Shown in pieces: positions 47,584 through 57,096 of a stretch of DNA of 64,000 nucleotides. The notes beneath the pieces were generated by a model. That model was not told the DNA's origin and ran no database searches. It saw nothing but the letters and a program-made list of their open reading frames with translations. The number at the start of each line of letters is the position of its first letter. The stretch's first letter is position 1. The stretch comes from an uncultured Gammaproteobacteria bacterium (GTDB lineage Bacteria; Patescibacteriota; Patescibacteriia; Magasanikbacterales; GWA2-37-8), in the NCBI GenBank assembly GCA_964511375.1, contig CAZEEW010000002.1, forward strand, positions 36,157 to 100,156, read 5' to 3'. Made by a program: the position numbers and the translations under genes.

Positions 47584-48105
47584 CTAGACCATTTCGGAAA
47601 GTCTCACAGTAATTTCCGAAAATATTTTTTTAAGTCGCTTTTTTTCTTCACTGTTAAAGTTTGCTACCACAAAGTCCGCTGTATCACCATTAATGCCATC
47701 CTTTGGCAGCACGCCAATTCTAATGCGGGTAAAATTTTGTGTTCCAAGGTGCTCGATCAATGAACGAATTCCATTGTGCCCGGCTGGCCCGCGATCAGTT
47801 TGAATTTTGAATTCACCAAAGGCAATGTCTTTATCGTCCTGGATTATGATCAGATCACTTGGCTTCAGGTTATATTTTTTTAAAGCCTGGGCAACCGCAA
47901 CTCCGGAGTTGTTCATATAGGTCATCGGTTTCAAAACTTCTATCTCTTTTCCTTCAAATTCTACAGCAGTGTATTCACTTTTAAGTTTGTCGCTTTTATG
48001 CCACTTAGCTTTAGGGAAAATAGAATCCAAAAATATCCACCCAATATTATGTCTGGTCTGTTCGTACTTTTTACCGGGGTTACCTAAACCAACAACTAGT
48101 TTCAT
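47584..48105 (-). CDS. pth: Peptidyl-tRNA hydrolase
   Basis: MKLVVGLGNPGKKYEQTRHNIGW. Confidence 0.92.
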   Translation of the reverse strand: MKLVVGLGNPGKKYEQTRHNIGWIFLDSIFPKAKWHKSDKLKSEYTAVEFEGKEIEVLKPMTYMNNSGVAVAQALKKYNLKPSDLIIIQDDKDIAFGEFKIQTDRGPAGHNGIRSLIEHLGTQNFTRIRIGVLPKDGINGDTADFVVANFNSEEKKRLKKIFSEITVRLSEMV

Positions 48106-49481
48106 AATGGACGTCGTAACTTAGTCATCTTAATTATAATCGGATTGGCAAAAAAACTATATTTCTCCCGTAGCCGGTTGGTTAAATAGTTTACGTAGGA
48201 AGAATGCAGGGAGGTCTTTTGTTTAATAACGATGTCAAACATTGGTGGGCCGCTTGCAATTTGTCGCATAGCCAAAATATCTGGTTGGCGAACACCTTTG
48301 CCGCGTGTTGGTAATCTTTTGCTCTTAACATTTTTTAAAAACGCCTTTAATTCGTCATCGGGTATTTCAATGTTTCGCTCTTTCCAAGCACGGGCAATGA
48401 GTGGGAATATTTGGTGAACACGGTAGCCGCTCTTCGCACTAATGAATACTATTGGTGCATAGCGTAGGTGGGGGAAGGAGTGATAAATTCTTTCCTCGAC
48501 TTCGCGGCGGAAAGCATCGTCATTATCTTCCGCTAAGTCCCACTTGTTAATGATAATAATTACACTTTTGGTGTGCTCACGCAACAATCCGGCTAACTGT
48601 TGGTCTTGATCGGTGATGGGTTCAGAAGTATCTAAAAGTAATAGTACAATGTCGGCACGTTTAATTGCCTCAATACTTTTCCCAATGCCGTATCTCTCTA
48701 ATTCACCTTTGACTTTGGTCTTTCGGCGGATGCCAGCAGTATCAACAAAAAGGTAGTGTTGCCCGTCGGTCTCTACCAAAGTATCGTGAGGTTCGCGAGT
48801 AGTATGTGGCATGTCAGAGACGATCACTCTTTCCTCGCCAATCAGCTTGTTGAACAAAGTAGATTTGCCAACGTTTGGTTTCCCTACCAAGGCGATGCTA
48901 ACCGGTTTAAAATCCAAAGATTCTTTGGCCTTTTTAATTCCTTTTTTCCCAAAGTGTTTGTAAATCAAATCCAACATGTCGCCTACATTGCCACCGTTAG
49001 CAGCCGAAACTGGTAATGGTTCGCCAAAACCAAGCGACTTCCATTCTGGGTCATAAATTCTTAAACGGATATTGGCATGATCAGCTTTGTTGGAAACTAA
49101 AACCACTGGCTTGTTTTTGTATTTACGTCGAATCAGTTTAGCCAGTTCTCTTTCTTGGGCCAACACACCGGATTGTAAATCAGTTACAAACACAATGACA
49201 TCTGCCGTATCAAGTGCTTTTTCTGTCTGTTCAACAATGTCCTTTTCTAGGGGTACGTCTTCATCAAAAGTTAACCCACCAGTATCTACCAAAACAAAAT
49301 TCTTACCTCGCCACATAGCTTCTTTAATGTTGCGCGTGCGAGTCGTACCAGGAATATCCGAAACAATTGCCTGACTGGTTTCAGTAATACGGTTAAATAG
49401 GGTGGATTTACCAACATTAACACGGCCAACTAGAACAACATTTGGCAAATTTTGATCAACTATCTTGGCAGGTGTTGGCAT
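48102..49481 (-). CDS. der: GTPase Der/EngA (tandem GTPase domains + KH-like)
   Basis: Two G1 motifs GRVNVGKSTLFN and GKPNVGKSTLFN. Confidence 0.92.
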   Translation of the reverse strand: MPTPAKIVDQNLPNVVLVGRVNVGKSTLFNRITETSQAIVSDIPGTTRTRNIKEAMWRGKNFVLVDTGGLTFDEDVPLEKDIVEQTEKALDTADVIVFVTDLQSGVLAQERELAKLIRRKYKNKPVVLVSNKADHANIRLRIYDPEWKSLGFGEPLPVSAANGGNVGDMLDLIYKHFGKKGIKKAKESLDFKPVSIALVGKPNVGKSTLFNKLIGEERVIVSDMPHTTREPHDTLVETDGQHYLFVDTAGIRRKTKVKGELERYGIGKSIEAIKRADIVLLLLDTSEPITDQDQQLAGLLREHTKSVIIIINKWDLAEDNDDAFRREVEERIYHSFPHLRYAPIVFISAKSGYRVHQIFPLIARAWKERNIEIPDDELKAFLKNVKSKRLPTRGKGVRQPDILAMRQIASGPPMFDIVIKQKTSLHSSYVNYLTNRLREKYSFFANPIIIKMTKLRRPL

Positions 49482-49490
49482 AAAAAAAGA

Positions 49491-50984
49491 TTAAATATTT
49501 AAATCGTTCCCAACAATAATTAAGATATCCGTATCCAAACTGTGTTTTAAACCAAATTCACTTTCTGGTGTGTCGGGATTATCGTATTCCTCTCCCAACC
49601 ATTCGGGTAGAGAAGTGGCAGCTTTGAGGCCAGTTTCTTTTTCTAAAGATTTAATTACGTCTCCTGAAATATTACTTCTTAATAAATAGATTTTACTTGC
49701 GTCAACTGGCCGGTAAACACTGTTGCCAATCGTCACAACTGTAAAGCCTTTGTCTTCTAATTTTTTTTGAAATTTACTAGCCAAGCCCACTTTCCATGTG
49801 CCGTTTTGTATTTCAAGCTTGGCACTTGGGAATACACTTTTATTAGCTTCGGGTACAGCTGTGGTTGTGGTAGCTATAGTGTAGTTCTCATTGAAGATAT
49901 TTTCAATGGCATCATTAATTTCGTTAAAGTTACCAGTACGGGGAGAAAGAATGTATGCACCGGACGGCGAGATGCTGTTGGTTAATAATCCAGTGCCGCC
50001 ATTGTCTAAAACTAAGGTTTTGCTCACCCCGCTCGTTTCTCGAGCCAGGCTGGCGAGATACATAATTTGTCCAAAGTTTAAATTGGTGCTGACGTGGTTA
50101 GACAATGATTCTAGCATTTTTTGCACTTTCACTGGGTTGGTATATGTCCCAAAGGATAGCAGGCGTTCTTTTAAAGCGACGATTATTTGCTGTTGTCGTT
50201 TGGCCCGCGCAAAGTCAGAACCTTCACCATTGTTACCATGGCGGGAGCGCGCGTATTGCAGAGCCTGTGTGCCATTCATGGCTTGAACACCGGCTTGGAA
50301 ACTAACAGTTTGGTAAGAATGGTTAGGTCCAGGAAACTGTGTATCGGTAAAAGCTCGTTCGACATTCACTTCTACGCCACCCACCTCGTCAATTAGTTCA
50401 GTAAATGCAGCAAAGTCAACTCGGATATAATACGGAATGTCTAGATCAAAAGTTTCGGCAAAGATTTTTCTGGCGTAATCTCCTCCCTGACCGGATTTTT
50501 CTATTTCACCAAAAGAATTGGCGTGATTAATTTTTCTCCAGCCATATTGGTTAATTTTCACCCCCAAATCACGGGGTACGGAAACCATGGCTACGGTTTT
50601 TTCTCTCGGCTTAATGCTTAAGATAATATTGGTATCCGTTAGGTATGGTCCGTCATGTCCCGGGCCACCCATACCAAGTAATAATATGTTAATGCGATCT
50701 TCCTTTTGCCCTTCCAAAATATTATCTGAATTGAAAATAAAGTTTTTAACAGTTTGTAAAAGCCCTACTTTTTTTGGTTGTAGGGTAATTGGGTCGTAAG
50801 CACTTCCATCGTTTGCTTGCCTGGCAGAGGAAAAAGCCTTAAAAGTGTAAACTAAGGCAATAATAAGCAAAATAACAACAAAAAAAGAAAAGAAGGGCTT
50901 CTTTTTTTTTGGTGGTTCCTCCAACCCACCACCGTTTAGTTCATCAGGTTTTAGAAAGTTAATTTGTGTACGGTACATAGCCAT
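49491..50984 (-). CDS. LytR-CpsA-Psr (LCP) family cell-envelope protein with N-terminal TM and extra C-terminal domain
   Basis: TM anchor, LCP core (INILLLGMGGPGHDGPYLTDTNIILSI…VSVPRDL). Confidence 0.8.
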   Translation of the reverse strand: MAMYRTQINFLKPDELNGGGLEEPPKKKKPFFSFFVVILLIIALVYTFKAFSSARQANDGSAYDPITLQPKKVGLLQTVKNFIFNSDNILEGQKEDRINILLLGMGGPGHDGPYLTDTNIILSIKPREKTVAMVSVPRDLGVKINQYGWRKINHANSFGEIEKSGQGGDYARKIFAETFDLDIPYYIRVDFAAFTELIDEVGGVEVNVERAFTDTQFPGPNHSYQTVSFQAGVQAMNGTQALQYARSRHGNNGEGSDFARAKRQQQIIVALKERLLSFGTYTNPVKVQKMLESLSNHVSTNLNFGQIMYLASLARETSGVSKTLVLDNGGTGLLTNSISPSGAYILSPRTGNFNEINDAIENIFNENYTIATTTTAVPEANKSVFPSAKLEIQNGTWKVGLASKFQKKLEDKGFTVVTIGNSVYRPVDASKIYLLRSNISGDVIKSLEKETGLKAATSLPEWLGEEYDNPDTPESEFGLKHSLDTDILIIVGNDLNI

Positions 50985-51121
50985 TCACGAGTAAAAATAA
51001 CCGTTTCAGATATAATATCACACCCGGGGAATAGGGAGTAAAGGGAGAAGATCAAACAGGTAAAAGAATTATATCAGACCGGAGGGTTTTAGACAAGCCG
51101 GGGATAAGCCAAATTTTCCCC

Positions 51122-51150
51122 TTGATTTTCTCAAATTCTTGTGGTATACT
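51122..51150 (+). promoter_or_regulatory. Promoter for tRNA-Val (TTGATT-17-TATACT)
   Basis: ttgattttctcaaattcttgtggtatact. Confidence 0.5.
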
Positions 51151-51172
51151 CCCCCTAGGTTTCGCGAAAAGG

Positions 51173-51246
51173 GGTCGCATGGCTCAGTTGGTTAGAGCGT
51201 CGCATTCACATTGCGAAGGTCCCTGGTTCGAATCCAGGTGCGACCA
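51173..51246 (+). tRNA. tRNA-Val (anticodon CAC)
   Basis: Hand-folded: acceptor GGTCGCA/TGCGACC, D-stem GCTC/GAGC, anticodon stem TCGCA/TGCGA loop TTCACAT, T-arm CCTGG-TTCGAAT-CCAGG. Confidence 0.8.
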
Positions 51247-51295
51247 CTGACCATTGAAAACCTCCAAACGCACCTTTCACAGCTAAAACTAATCT

Positions 51296-51802
51296 ATGCC
51301 AAAAGATATCCATAAAGAAGACGTTAATCCAGGCAAGGTTGTTTTTGAATGGACCGTGAAGGAATACGAGGAACAAGAGCGAGAAAGGCGCTGGTACTAC
51401 CTCATGGGAGTAATTGCAGTCGCCCTAGTCGTCTATGCGTTAATCGCTCAAAATTATTTGTTTGCTCTTGTCGTGGTACTTTTCGGCATCATCCTGTTCT
51501 TACAGGATATACAAAAGCCCAAAGAAGTATATTTCGCCCTTACTCAAAGTGGTATAATTGTGAGTTCCAGGTTTTACCGCTTTAGCGAAATAAAGAATTT
51601 TTGGTTGATATATAATCCACCAACGGTAAAGAATCTTTACTTCTCTTTAAATAGTGTGGTAAAGCATCGTTTACAGGTACCGCTTTTGGATTATGATCCC
51701 CGGCCGATTCGGGACTTCCTAAAACAGTATTTAGAGGAAGATCTTGAACAAGAAGATGAACCAGTAAGTGACAAGTTGGGTAGAATTTTAAAATTACACT
51801 AA
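51296..51802 (+). CDS. Hypothetical two-TM membrane protein (168 aa) flanked by tRNA genes
   Basis: Central hydrophobic hairpin; no known motif. Confidence 0.5.
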   Translation: MPKDIHKEDVNPGKVVFEWTVKEYEEQERERRWYYLMGVIAVALVVYALIAQNYLFALVVVLFGIILFLQDIQKPKEVYFALTQSGIIVSSRFYRFSEIKNFWLIYNPPTVKNLYFSLNSVVKHRLQVPLLDYDPRPIRDFLKQYLEEDLEQEDEPVSDKLGRILKLH

Positions 51803-51813
51803 TTACATAGTAC

Positions 51814-51885
51814 GCACCCGTCGTTCAACGGATAGGACACTGGCCTGCGAAGCCGGAAATTTAGGTTCGATTCCTAACGGGTGCA
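51814..51885 (+). tRNA. tRNA-Arg (anticodon read as GCG)
   Basis: Hand-folded: acceptor GCACCCG/CGGGTGC, anticodon stem CTGGC/GCCGG loop CTGCGAA, T-arm TTAGG-TTCGATT-CCTAA. Confidence 0.65.
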
Positions 51886-51995
51886 CTAAAAATGACGCTG
51901 TAAGGCGTTATTTTTATTATCTGTTTGATCTTTAAGATTTAATAAGCTAAAATCATTTTGGAATAAACTGGAACCTTTGGTTGTATTAAACTAAT

Positions 51996-52565
51996 ATGGA
52001 GACCAACCTAACGGACGAAGAGCTAATTGAAGAAATACGCGCTAAAGACAAAGAATTATACAGTGAAATTATTCGGCGCTATGAGACTAAGCTAGCCCAT
52101 TATTTGCGCAAGTTTTTTCGTGATAGCGACCAGTTGGCAGATGTTTTACAAGAGGTGTTCATTAAAGCTTATAGGAATTTGTATGGCTTTGACATAAAAA
52201 AACGTTTCTCCCCCTGGATCTACCGCATTGCGCACAATGAAGCCTTAAATCATATTAAAAAAAATCGTCGGGAATCAGTTTCCTTGGACGAATCGGAGTG
52301 GGAAATTATTGATGAAGATATTGATTTGAAAAAAGAAGTTGATGCTACTTTGTTAAAAGAGAAAATGGAGGTCGCTTTGCTGAGAATTAAAGAAAAATAC
52401 CGCGAACCAATTATATTGTATTATTTTGAACAAAAAACTTATGAAGAAATTTCCGACATCCTGCGTTTGCCTCGTAATACCGTCGGCACCCTAATTATGC
52501 GCGGAAAAAAAATGTTAAAAGAATTTTTGTTACAAGAAATGTATGGAGTCAAAACAAAATCCTAA
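51996..52565 (+). CDS. RNA polymerase ECF-type sigma factor (sigma-70 regions 2 and 4)
   Basis: Region 2 YRIAHNEALNHIKKNRR; region 4 HTH EISDILRLPRNTVGTLIMRGKKMLKE. Confidence 0.85.
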   Translation: METNLTDEELIEEIRAKDKELYSEIIRRYETKLAHYLRKFFRDSDQLADVLQEVFIKAYRNLYGFDIKKRFSPWIYRIAHNEALNHIKKNRRESVSLDESEWEIIDEDIDLKKEVDATLLKEKMEVALLRIKEKYREPIILYYFEQKTYEEISDILRLPRNTVGTLIMRGKKMLKEFLLQEMYGVKTKS

Positions 52566-53358
52566 CCTGGAAGATCAGGTGATGGGAAAAATTAAATGCG
52601 GACAGGTTAAGTTACGATCACGTTATATTTTTCTCGCCGAAAAGCTTGGTATCGGAAGCGTGTTAGTATTTACGGTATTACTCGCTGTGTTGCTTTTTTC
52701 GCTGGCCCTTTTTTATCTTCAGGCCACTGACAATTTGTGGTACTTAAGTTTTGGGTCTCGAGGTATCTATGCTTTTTTGGAATCATTTCCGTACTTTTTA
52801 GTAGTATGTCTAGTTCTAGTTATACTTTTATCTGGTTGGATTTTAAAAAAGAGCGGAGTTTTTTACCAAAAACCGTTCACTTATTCAATCATTGGCCTTC
52901 TGTGTCTAATATTTTTTGTCGGAACAGCTCTGGCTTTTACCGGTTTATCTGAAAAGATTGAAAATGAAACTTTTAGCAACGGTGATGCAGCAATATTTTT
53001 CCGGCCTTTCATTGGTCATGGAATAAAGCAGCGACAAAAAGGAACCGCCGGTAAGATTATTGAGGTGGGGGATGGGTATATACAGATTCAAACGCCGGCT
53101 TGTCAAAAGAAAGTATACTTAAACCGTCTAGTTCGACCGCTAGAAACAGATCTTAAACCAGGAATGTTTGTGGTGGCCGTGGGTGGACATGATGGCCCTG
53201 AATTTGTTGCTTATGACATGCGTATACTGGCCGAAGAGGATCTCCCAATGATCAAACGTGGCATTAGACGAGAATTTGGCCCAAATAATAACCGCCGCCC
53301 ACTTTTACCTTGCGGGAGTCCGGAAAACAACTTTAAGACAAAAATAATTGTTCAGTAA
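52543..53358 (+). CDS. Polytopic membrane protein, putative anti-sigma factor partner
   Basis: Overlaps sigma gene 3' end; 4+ TM helices; soluble C-terminal domain. Confidence 0.5.
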   Translation: MESKQNPNLEDQVMGKIKCGQVKLRSRYIFLAEKLGIGSVLVFTVLLAVLLFSLALFYLQATDNLWYLSFGSRGIYAFLESFPYFLVVCLVLVILLSGWILKKSGVFYQKPFTYSIIGLLCLIFFVGTALAFTGLSEKIENETFSNGDAAIFFRPFIGHGIKQRQKGTAGKIIEVGDGYIQIQTPACQKKVYLNRLVRPLETDLKPGMFVVAVGGHDGPEFVAYDMRILAEEDLPMIKRGIRREFGPNNNRRPLLPCGSPENNFKTKIIVQ

Positions 53359-53375
53359 ATGTATTAATAAATTTT

Positions 53376-53771
53376 TTGGTTATGCAAAAATTGGGTTTGT
53401 TAGGAGGAATGTTGGTTTTTGCAACATTGTTATCTGGTTGCGGGGCAACTTCGCTCACAGAGCCAGTTACTTCGAATGCTGATATCAATAGCAATGCGGT
53501 TGTCACTAATAACAGTGGACAAACAGCAGCACCAACTACTTTTACCATGGATGACGTGGCGAAGCACAATGTCAAAGAAGATTGTTACACAGTTGTCAAT
53601 GGATCGGTGTATAATCTAACTACTGCCATCTCCTCCCACCCGGGCGGTCCGCTTGCCGTCATTGGTTTGTGTGGTAAAGACGGAACAGAAAAATTCATTA
53701 ATAAACATGGTGGGCAAGACGGACCAGAGGCTAATATGGCCAAATTAAAAATTGGCGAGCTGGTGAATTAA
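53376..53771 (+). CDS. Lipoprotein with cytochrome b5-like heme-binding domain
   Basis: Lipobox LLSGC; b5 signature DVAKHN…CYTVVNGSVYNLT…HPGG. Confidence 0.7.
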   Translation: MVMQKLGLLGGMLVFATLLSGCGATSLTEPVTSNADINSNAVVTNNSGQTAAPTTFTMDDVAKHNVKEDCYTVVNGSVYNLTTAISSHPGGPLAVIGLCGKDGTEKFINKHGGQDGPEANMAKLKIGELVN

Positions 53772-53788
53772 ATTATCACCTTATATAA

Positions 53789-53820
53789 TACGAGCCGCTT
53801 AAACGGCTCGTATTAATTTC
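53789..53820 (+). terminator. Hairpin acgagccg-cttaa-acggctcgt after b5-like gene
   Basis: 9-bp stem; weak T-run. Confidence 0.45.
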
Positions 53821-53930
53821 TCTTGAAATTTGAAATAAATTATTTTCTTTGTGTGTATTAATAGTAGGTAACCACATATTTGAGAGGATTAGTGGATACT
53901 GGCTAGCCATTTAATTAACTTAACATATAT

Positions 53931-54386
53931 TTGTCTATGAAGAAAAAAGCTTTAATTATCGTTCCTGCCATTGCTTTGTTTACGCTTTTTGGTGCTACGA
54001 CTGCCTTTGCCCACGGGGGTTTTGGCGGAATGTGGAAGTCTGACCCCGCTGCTGCCGCTACTCATTGGGAGAATATGATCAAAGAGCAGGCCGGCTTACT
54101 AGGCATATCTCAAGATGAGATGAGATCTAAGTGGGCAGAAGGGAAGACTTTAAGAGAAATTGCTGCTGAAAAAGGAATATCGGAAACAGATTTGCACACA
54201 AAAATGAAAGCCGCGCGTGAAAAAGAGATGAAAGAACAATTACAGAGTTTGGTTAGCCAGGGTAAATTAACTCAAGCTCAGGCTGATGCTCGATTAAAAT
54301 TCATGCAGGCACAGCAAGAGAAAATGAATGGGAAGAAAATGGGTGGTGGCCGTCATGGGGGAATGGGCATGATGAGGGGTCTCTAA
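53931..54386 (+). CDS. Secreted protein with His/Gly/Met-rich termini (HGGFGGMW … GGGRHGGMGMMRGL), putative metal-binding periplasmic protein
   Basis: Signal peptide MKKKALIIVPAIALFTLFGATTAFA; Met/His clusters. Confidence 0.5.
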   Translation: MSMKKKALIIVPAIALFTLFGATTAFAHGGFGGMWKSDPAAAATHWENMIKEQAGLLGISQDEMRSKWAEGKTLREIAAEKGISETDLHTKMKAAREKEMKEQLQSLVSQGKLTQAQADARLKFMQAQQEKMNGKKMGGGRHGGMGMMRGL

Positions 54387-54401
54387 AGTTTAATTTTTAC
54401 G

Positions 54402-54438
54402 CAAACCTTGTTTCTTAAAGAAACAAGGTTTTGTTTTA
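54402..54438 (+). terminator. Rho-independent terminator (aaccttgtttc-ttaaa-gaaacaaggtt-TTTGTTTT)
   Basis: 11-bp perfect stem + T-run. Confidence 0.75.
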
Positions 54439-54498
54439 TTGACCGTTTTGTAATTTTAATATATATTAAAGGCATTAGACCTAATTACAAGGAAATAT

Positions 54499-54897
54499 AT
54501 GCATGGTTACAAAGACAACATTGAAAAACTTACTTTAGAAAATGATAATTTTCGTAAAGTATTATATAGCGGTCCATACAGTCAGTTAGTACTAATGAGT
54601 CTTCGTCCAGGCGAAGAAATAGGTTTGGAAGTTCACACGGAGAACGACCAATTTTTTCGTTTTGAAGCCGGAAACGGTAAAGTCGTAATTGATGATGCTG
54701 AATACACTGTCGGAGATGGTGATGCCGTAGTTGTGCCGGCCGGTGCTAAGCACAATGTCACTAATATTTCCGAAACTGAAAGTCTTAAGTTGTATACCAT
54801 CTACTCTCCAGCACACCATAAAGATGGAATTGTGCGGGCAACCCGTGAAGAAGCGATGACCAACGAAGCAGAATTTGACGGTAAAACGACCGAGTAA
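54499..54897 (+). CDS. Cupin-2 domain protein
   Basis: Cupin motifs G-x5-HxH… (EVHTEND) and VVVPAGAKHNVTN. Confidence 0.7.
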   Translation: MHGYKDNIEKLTLENDNFRKVLYSGPYSQLVLMSLRPGEEIGLEVHTENDQFFRFEAGNGKVVIDDAEYTVGDGDAVVVPAGAKHNVTNISETESLKLYTIYSPAHHKDGIVRATREEAMTNEAEFDGKTTE

Positions 54898-54907
54898 AAT
54901 TAAACTT

Positions 54908-54940
54908 TAAAACAGCTTTACCAAAGGCTGTTTTTTTGTT
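54908..54940 (+). terminator. Rho-independent terminator (acagcttt-accaa-aggctgt-TTTTTTT)
   Basis: Stem + T7. Confidence 0.7.
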
Positions 54941-54967
54941 AAAATTTAAGTATATTTATCGCTAATT

Positions 54968-57076
54968 ATGCAGCTAAATACGCCGGTTGGCGCTTTAACT
55001 AGAGTAGGAGTTGCGACCCAAAAGTATTTGGCTCGCTTGGGTGTAAAAAATGCCCGTGATCTTTTATTTTACTTTCCTTTTCGGTACGAGGACTATAGTC
55101 GATTATTAAAAATCAAAGAAGTTCATGAAGGGGAGATAGTTACTGTAAAAGTCAAAATAGAATTGATTTCTAATAAACGTACCCCGCGTTGGAAAAAAAT
55201 TATTACTGAAGCACTAGTTTCCGATGATACCGGTAGTTTACGAGTTGTGTGGTTTAACCAACCCTTTTTAATAAAAAATCTTAAACCGGGTGATTTGGTT
55301 TACTTGTCCGGTAAGGTGCAAACTGACATGATTGGTCCGGAATTAGTTAGCCCAACCTATGAGAAAGTAACAATTAAGGAAACCGCCAATACTGCCAGGT
55401 TAGTGCCTATTTATCCGTTAACAGATGGTATTACACAAAAACAGCTTCGTTTCCTAGTTACTCAGGTCATTGATCTCGTCGAACGTTTAACCGAGTGGAT
55501 TCCGGATATAATTAGACAAGAATTTAACTTGGTTAAACTCCCTGACGCTATAAAAGGCATTCATTTCCCTGATGACCAGAGACATTTGGATCTCGCCACT
55601 CGGCGGTTAAAATTTGATGAGATATTTATACTTCAGTTGCAGGCTGAATTAGCACGGCGCGAGAAAAACACTATTACCGCTCCGGCGATAAAATTCAAAG
55701 AAAAAGAAATTAAGGAATTTGTACAGAATTTACCTTTTACTTTAACTAATGCTCAAAAAATAGCCACCTGGGAAATTCTCAAGGATACTGGTCAAGCTCG
55801 TCCAATGAATCGTTTGTTATCTGGTGACGTTGGGTCAGGTAAAACAGTTATCGCGGCAGTCTCTGTTTTGAACGCGGTCCTAAATGGTTTTCAGGCCACG
55901 CTCATGGCGCCAACAGAAATATTAGCGAAACAACATTTTGATTCTTTCACTAAGCTTTTAGGAGATAAAATAACGATCGCGTTATTGACCAGGAGTCAGA
56001 TATGTTTGCATGGTGCAACTTTTGCGTCTCAAACTAAAAAAGGCCAGAAAGAGGAGTTGTTGGCTAAAATAAGAAGTGGCGAAGTCGAGACAGTTATTGG
56101 CACTCACGCTCTTTTAAGTGAAAATATTGCTTACCAAAATTTGGGATTAGTGGTCGTTGACGAGCAGCATCGTTTTGGTGTTAACCAGAGACGAATAATT
56201 AAAGAAAAAGGGGAAGGGGTGCACTTTTTGAGTATGACCGCTACACCTATTCCGCGCTCTCTGGCTTTAATGTTGTATGGTGATCTCGATGTCTCGGTTT
56301 TAAACGAAATGCCGGTGGGGAGGAAGAAAATTTTAACTCGACTAGTGGAACCACATAATCGAAACAAGGCCTATGAATTTATTCGAGCACAGGTTAAAGC
56401 GGGCCGACAAGTATTTGTAATCTGCCCTCTAATCCAAAACAAGAATGGGGAGGAAAACGGGACTGAAAATTTTTTGTCTCCCTTTGCACTTGCCAATGAA
56501 AAGAAAACAGTCATGAGTGAATATGAAAAACTGTCTAAAAAAGTTTTTCCGGATTTAAAAGTTAACTATCTGCATGGAAAGATGAGAGGGGAGGAGAAGG
56601 AGAAAATAATGCAGGATTTTAAGAATCAGGTTTTTGATATCCTTGTTTCTACCTCAGTGGTTGAAGTCGGCGTTGATGTGCCCAATTCTTCAGTTATGAT
56701 GATCGAAGATGCCGAAAAATTTGGTCTGGCACAGCTGCACCAATTCCGGGGACGAGTTGGTCGCTCTGTTTACCAGTCATATTGTTTCGTCTTTACGAGT
56801 AATAGTACTAAAAAAGTCTTGGAAAGGTTAAAGTTTTTTGAAGCAACTAGCGATGGATTTAAATTGGCTGAAAAAGACCTGGAGAATCGCGGACCTGGTG
56901 AAGTTTACGGCACTGTTCAGAGCGGTTTAATGAATTTTCGCTTGGCGAAATTGACTGATCGGGATATAATAAAGTCCGCTCGGGACGCGGCTAAGATTGT
57001 TGTGGAAGGCTGGGAAAAGTATCCAGCCATACATAAGGAACTCAAAGAATGGGAGGATAAAGTACATTTGGAATAA
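54968..57076 (+). CDS. recG: ATP-dependent DNA helicase RecG
   Basis: Wedge domain, GDVGSGKTV, DEQHRFGV, 702 aa. Confidence 0.9.
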   Translation: MQLNTPVGALTRVGVATQKYLARLGVKNARDLLFYFPFRYEDYSRLLKIKEVHEGEIVTVKVKIELISNKRTPRWKKIITEALVSDDTGSLRVVWFNQPFLIKNLKPGDLVYLSGKVQTDMIGPELVSPTYEKVTIKETANTARLVPIYPLTDGITQKQLRFLVTQVIDLVERLTEWIPDIIRQEFNLVKLPDAIKGIHFPDDQRHLDLATRRLKFDEIFILQLQAELARREKNTITAPAIKFKEKEIKEFVQNLPFTLTNAQKIATWEILKDTGQARPMNRLLSGDVGSGKTVIAAVSVLNAVLNGFQATLMAPTEILAKQHFDSFTKLLGDKITIALLTRSQICLHGATFASQTKKGQKEELLAKIRSGEVETVIGTHALLSENIAYQNLGLVVVDEQHRFGVNQRRIIKEKGEGVHFLSMTATPIPRSLALMLYGDLDVSVLNEMPVGRKKILTRLVEPHNRNKAYEFIRAQVKAGRQVFVICPLIQNKNGEENGTENFLSPFALANEKKTVMSEYEKLSKKVFPDLKVNYLHGKMRGEEKEKIMQDFKNQVFDILVSTSVVEVGVDVPNSSVMMIEDAEKFGLAQLHQFRGRVGRSVYQSYCFVFTSNSTKKVLERLKFFEATSDGFKLAEKDLENRGPGEVYGTVQSGLMNFRLAKLTDRDIIKSARDAAKIVVEGWEKYPAIHKELKEWEDKVHLE

Positions 57077-57096
57077 AAAATTTTAAATAATATATT

